Of a stretch of DNA of 15,365 nucleotides, positions 13,798-15,365 are shown piece by piece. The notes below the pieces were generated by a model, which worked only from the letters and a program-made list of their open reading frames with translations, searched no databases and had not been told where the DNA came from. Position 1 is the first letter of the stretch; every line of letters starts with the position of its first letter. Position numbers and translations under genes: made by a program. Origin of the DNA: an uncultured Deinococcales bacterium (GTDB lineage: Bacteria > Deinococcota > Deinococci > Deinococcales > JAAFIG01); contig CAXTKV010000038.1 of the NCBI GenBank assembly GCA_964244895.1, forward strand, positions 16,324 to 31,688, written 5' to 3'.

Positions 13798-15021
13798 TCA
13801 GGCCGTCAGAATGAAATCTCGAAGCTCGTAGCCCTTGACGGTCTCGTTCCAGCCGACCGTCGGGGCGCGCTCAACGCGCAGGTTGGGCAAGGCCAGCAGC
13901 TTCCGCAAGAAAATATCGGTCTCCTGAAGCGCGATGAAGCTGCCGGGGCAACGGTGGTGGCCATCGCCGAAGCTCATCACGGCGGGTTGCACGCCGCGCG
14001 GCAGTTCGCGGTCGGTGCGGATGTCGTGCGGGCACGCGCCGACCGTACGCTCGTCGGCGTTCGCGCCATCCAGGTGAAGCGCGATCAGCGCGCCCTCGGG
14101 GATGGTCACGGTCTGGCCTTCGGTTTCAACGCGAATCTCGCGCACGGCGCGGCGCTCGAGCATGGTCACGACGGGTTCCAGACGCAAGATTTCGCCCAAC
14201 ATGGCGTGGCGTTCGGGTTCGCCAGCCACCAGGAAGCGTTCGCGCAGCTTGGGGCGCTCGAGAAAATGGAGTGCGGCGGCGCTGATGAATTCGCGCGTGG
14301 TCGCCATGCCCGCCGCGCCGTAAGTGACGCACTCGGAGAGCACTTCGGGTTCGGTGTAACCCTCGCTGAGCACGTGCGAGATCACGTCCTCGCGCGGTTT
14401 TTTCTTGCGGGCGGCGATGGCGGGCCGCACGTCCAGGAAAAAGAACGCCAGCAGGTTCCAGCGCGAGGCGAGTTGCTTGATGAACGCGCCGGGGCCGCTT
14501 TGCGAGTCCGTGTTTGGGCTTTCGACCATGCTCGAGATGCGCGCCCCCATGCCGGGCACGCGGCTGTCGGTCAATCCCACGACCTGCGCCGCGACCGCCA
14601 CGGCCAGCCGCATCGAGATCTGGCTCAGGTCGGCCCTGCCGCGTTTTTTTAGTCCGTCCACCAGATCATCGCAGAGCCCTTCCATCAGTTCGCGGTAGTG
14701 GCTATCGGTGTAGGTCGGCGTGAAGAAGCGCGCGGTCTTGCGGCGCAATTCGTGGTGGTTTTCGCCCTCCAGGTGCAGCACCGGTGCGCGCATGGTGGTC
14801 GGCATCTTGGCGATCATCTCCGCGCCGAACCCGGCCTGTCTGGTGGCGTCGTCGCGCAGGATGGCGCGCACCTCGTCGTGACCCCGGACGTGCCAGACGC
14901 CGTCCTGGTCGGCGCTCAGGTGGGGCGCGCTGTGAACCTCGCCTCGGGCGGTCTTGCGGGCGTTGGGTTGGCTGTGATCAACGGGGCAGCTTGCGGGGTT
15001 CGGATCGGCTGAAGTCGTCAT
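13798..15021 (-). CDS. Cytochrome P450, about 407 aa
   Basis: Heme-thiolate motif FGDGHHRCPG, K-helix EILR (ExxR), I-helix AAGMATT and HHELRR. Start is ATG 15021 or TTG 15033. Confidence 0.95.
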   Translation of the reverse strand: MTTSADPNPASCPVDHSQPNARKTARGEVHSAPHLSADQDGVWHVRGHDEVRAILRDDATRQAGFGAEMIAKMPTTMRAPVLHLEGENHHELRRKTARFFTPTYTDSHYRELMEGLCDDLVDGLKKRGRADLSQISMRLAVAVAAQVVGLTDSRVPGMGARISSMVESPNTDSQSGPGAFIKQLASRWNLLAFFFLDVRPAIAARKKKPREDVISHVLSEGYTEPEVLSECVTYGAAGMATTREFISAAALHFLERPKLRERFLVAGEPERHAMLGEILRLEPVVTMLERRAVREIRVETEGQTVTIPEGALIALHLDGANADERTVGACPHDIRTDRELPRGVQPAVMSFGDGHHRCPGSFIALQETDIFLRKLLALPNLRVERAPTVGWNETVKGYELRDFILTA

Positions 15022-15063
15022 GGTGAGATTCAACCCTATTTTCTCGGGCGATACCGTGCGTTA

Positions 15064-15080
15064 TGAGACACTGTGACTCA
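15064..15080. promoter_or_regulatory. Imperfect palindrome, putative TetR operator between the divergent P450 and TetR genes
   Basis: TGAGACAC-T-GTGACTCA, 7 of 8 positions self-complementary, centred in the 98-bp divergent gap. Confidence 0.5.
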
Positions 15081-15119
15081 AAACAACGCATCCGGCTGTT
15101 GAACGGCGATAATGGACGC

Positions 15120-15365
15120 GTGCCAGAAACCGTGACCGACCGACGCGTCAACCGCACGCGCCGCGCCCTGGCGAGCGCCCTGATCGGCCTGACCCTGGAA
15201 AAAGGCTACGAGGCCGTGACCGTGCGCGAACTCGCCGAACGCGCCGACATCGGTTACGCCACGTTCTTCCGGCACTTTCCCGACAAGGATGGGCTCCTGG
15301 CGGACGTGCTGGACGGTACGCTCGAGGAACTCCTCGGGCTGATCCGGCCCGCCATGGACGACCCG
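15120..15365 (+). CDS. TetR/AcrR family transcriptional regulator, N-terminal part (truncated by the window end, absent from the ORF track)
   Basis: Hand translation from GTG 15120: MPETVTDRRVNRTRRALASALIGLTLEKGYEAVTVRELAERADIGYATFFRHFPDKDGLL, a canonical TetR HTH. GATAAT at 15108-15113 lies 6 nt upstream, suggesting a leaderless start. Confidence 0.93.
   Translation, partial: MPETVTDRRVNRTRRALASALIGLTLEKGYEAVTVRELAERADIGYATFFRHFPDKDGLLADVLDGTLEELLGLIRPAMDDP

Noticed and set aside
15305..15317. CGTGCTGGACGGT inside the TetR CDS matching the repeat's right arm
   Set aside because: It lies in-frame within codons for DVLDGT and has no partner arm, so it is probably coincidental.

Overview
High-GC bacterial chromosomal segment, most likely Deinococcota. 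That assignment is an inference from leaderless-type -10 boxes 6-8 nt before start codons, strong CTCGAG enrichment and the protein family mix. Left to right the window holds: (1) a lipoprotein S8/S53-like serine peptidase on the minus strand; (2) a minus-strand run of seven small general-stress-type genes (GlsB/YeaQ/YmgE, SRPBCC, USP-like, proline-rich, LapA-like with an apparent double frameshift, acidic disordered, YflT-like); (3) a divergent OmpR/MprA-like response regulator with a CHASE3-GAF-PAS-PAS histidine kinase; (4) a cysteine-less HMA-like protein; (5) a minus-strand run of cytochrome P450, MarR, DHA2 MFS exporter and aldehyde dehydrogenase, with a divergent TetR gene cut by the window end. 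The non-coding signals are the most notable part. A palindromic REP/MITE-like family (consensus AGAACACCGTCCAGCACGC-N12-GCGTGCTGGACGGTGTTCT) occurs seven times. Phased 11-bp TCA(G) arrays upstream of four transcription units suggest a local regulon for the two-component system. About 49 CTCGAG sites give a HIP-like over-representation, and a candidate structured small RNA precedes an orphan terminator. No rRNA, tRNA, CRISPR array or transposase was seen.
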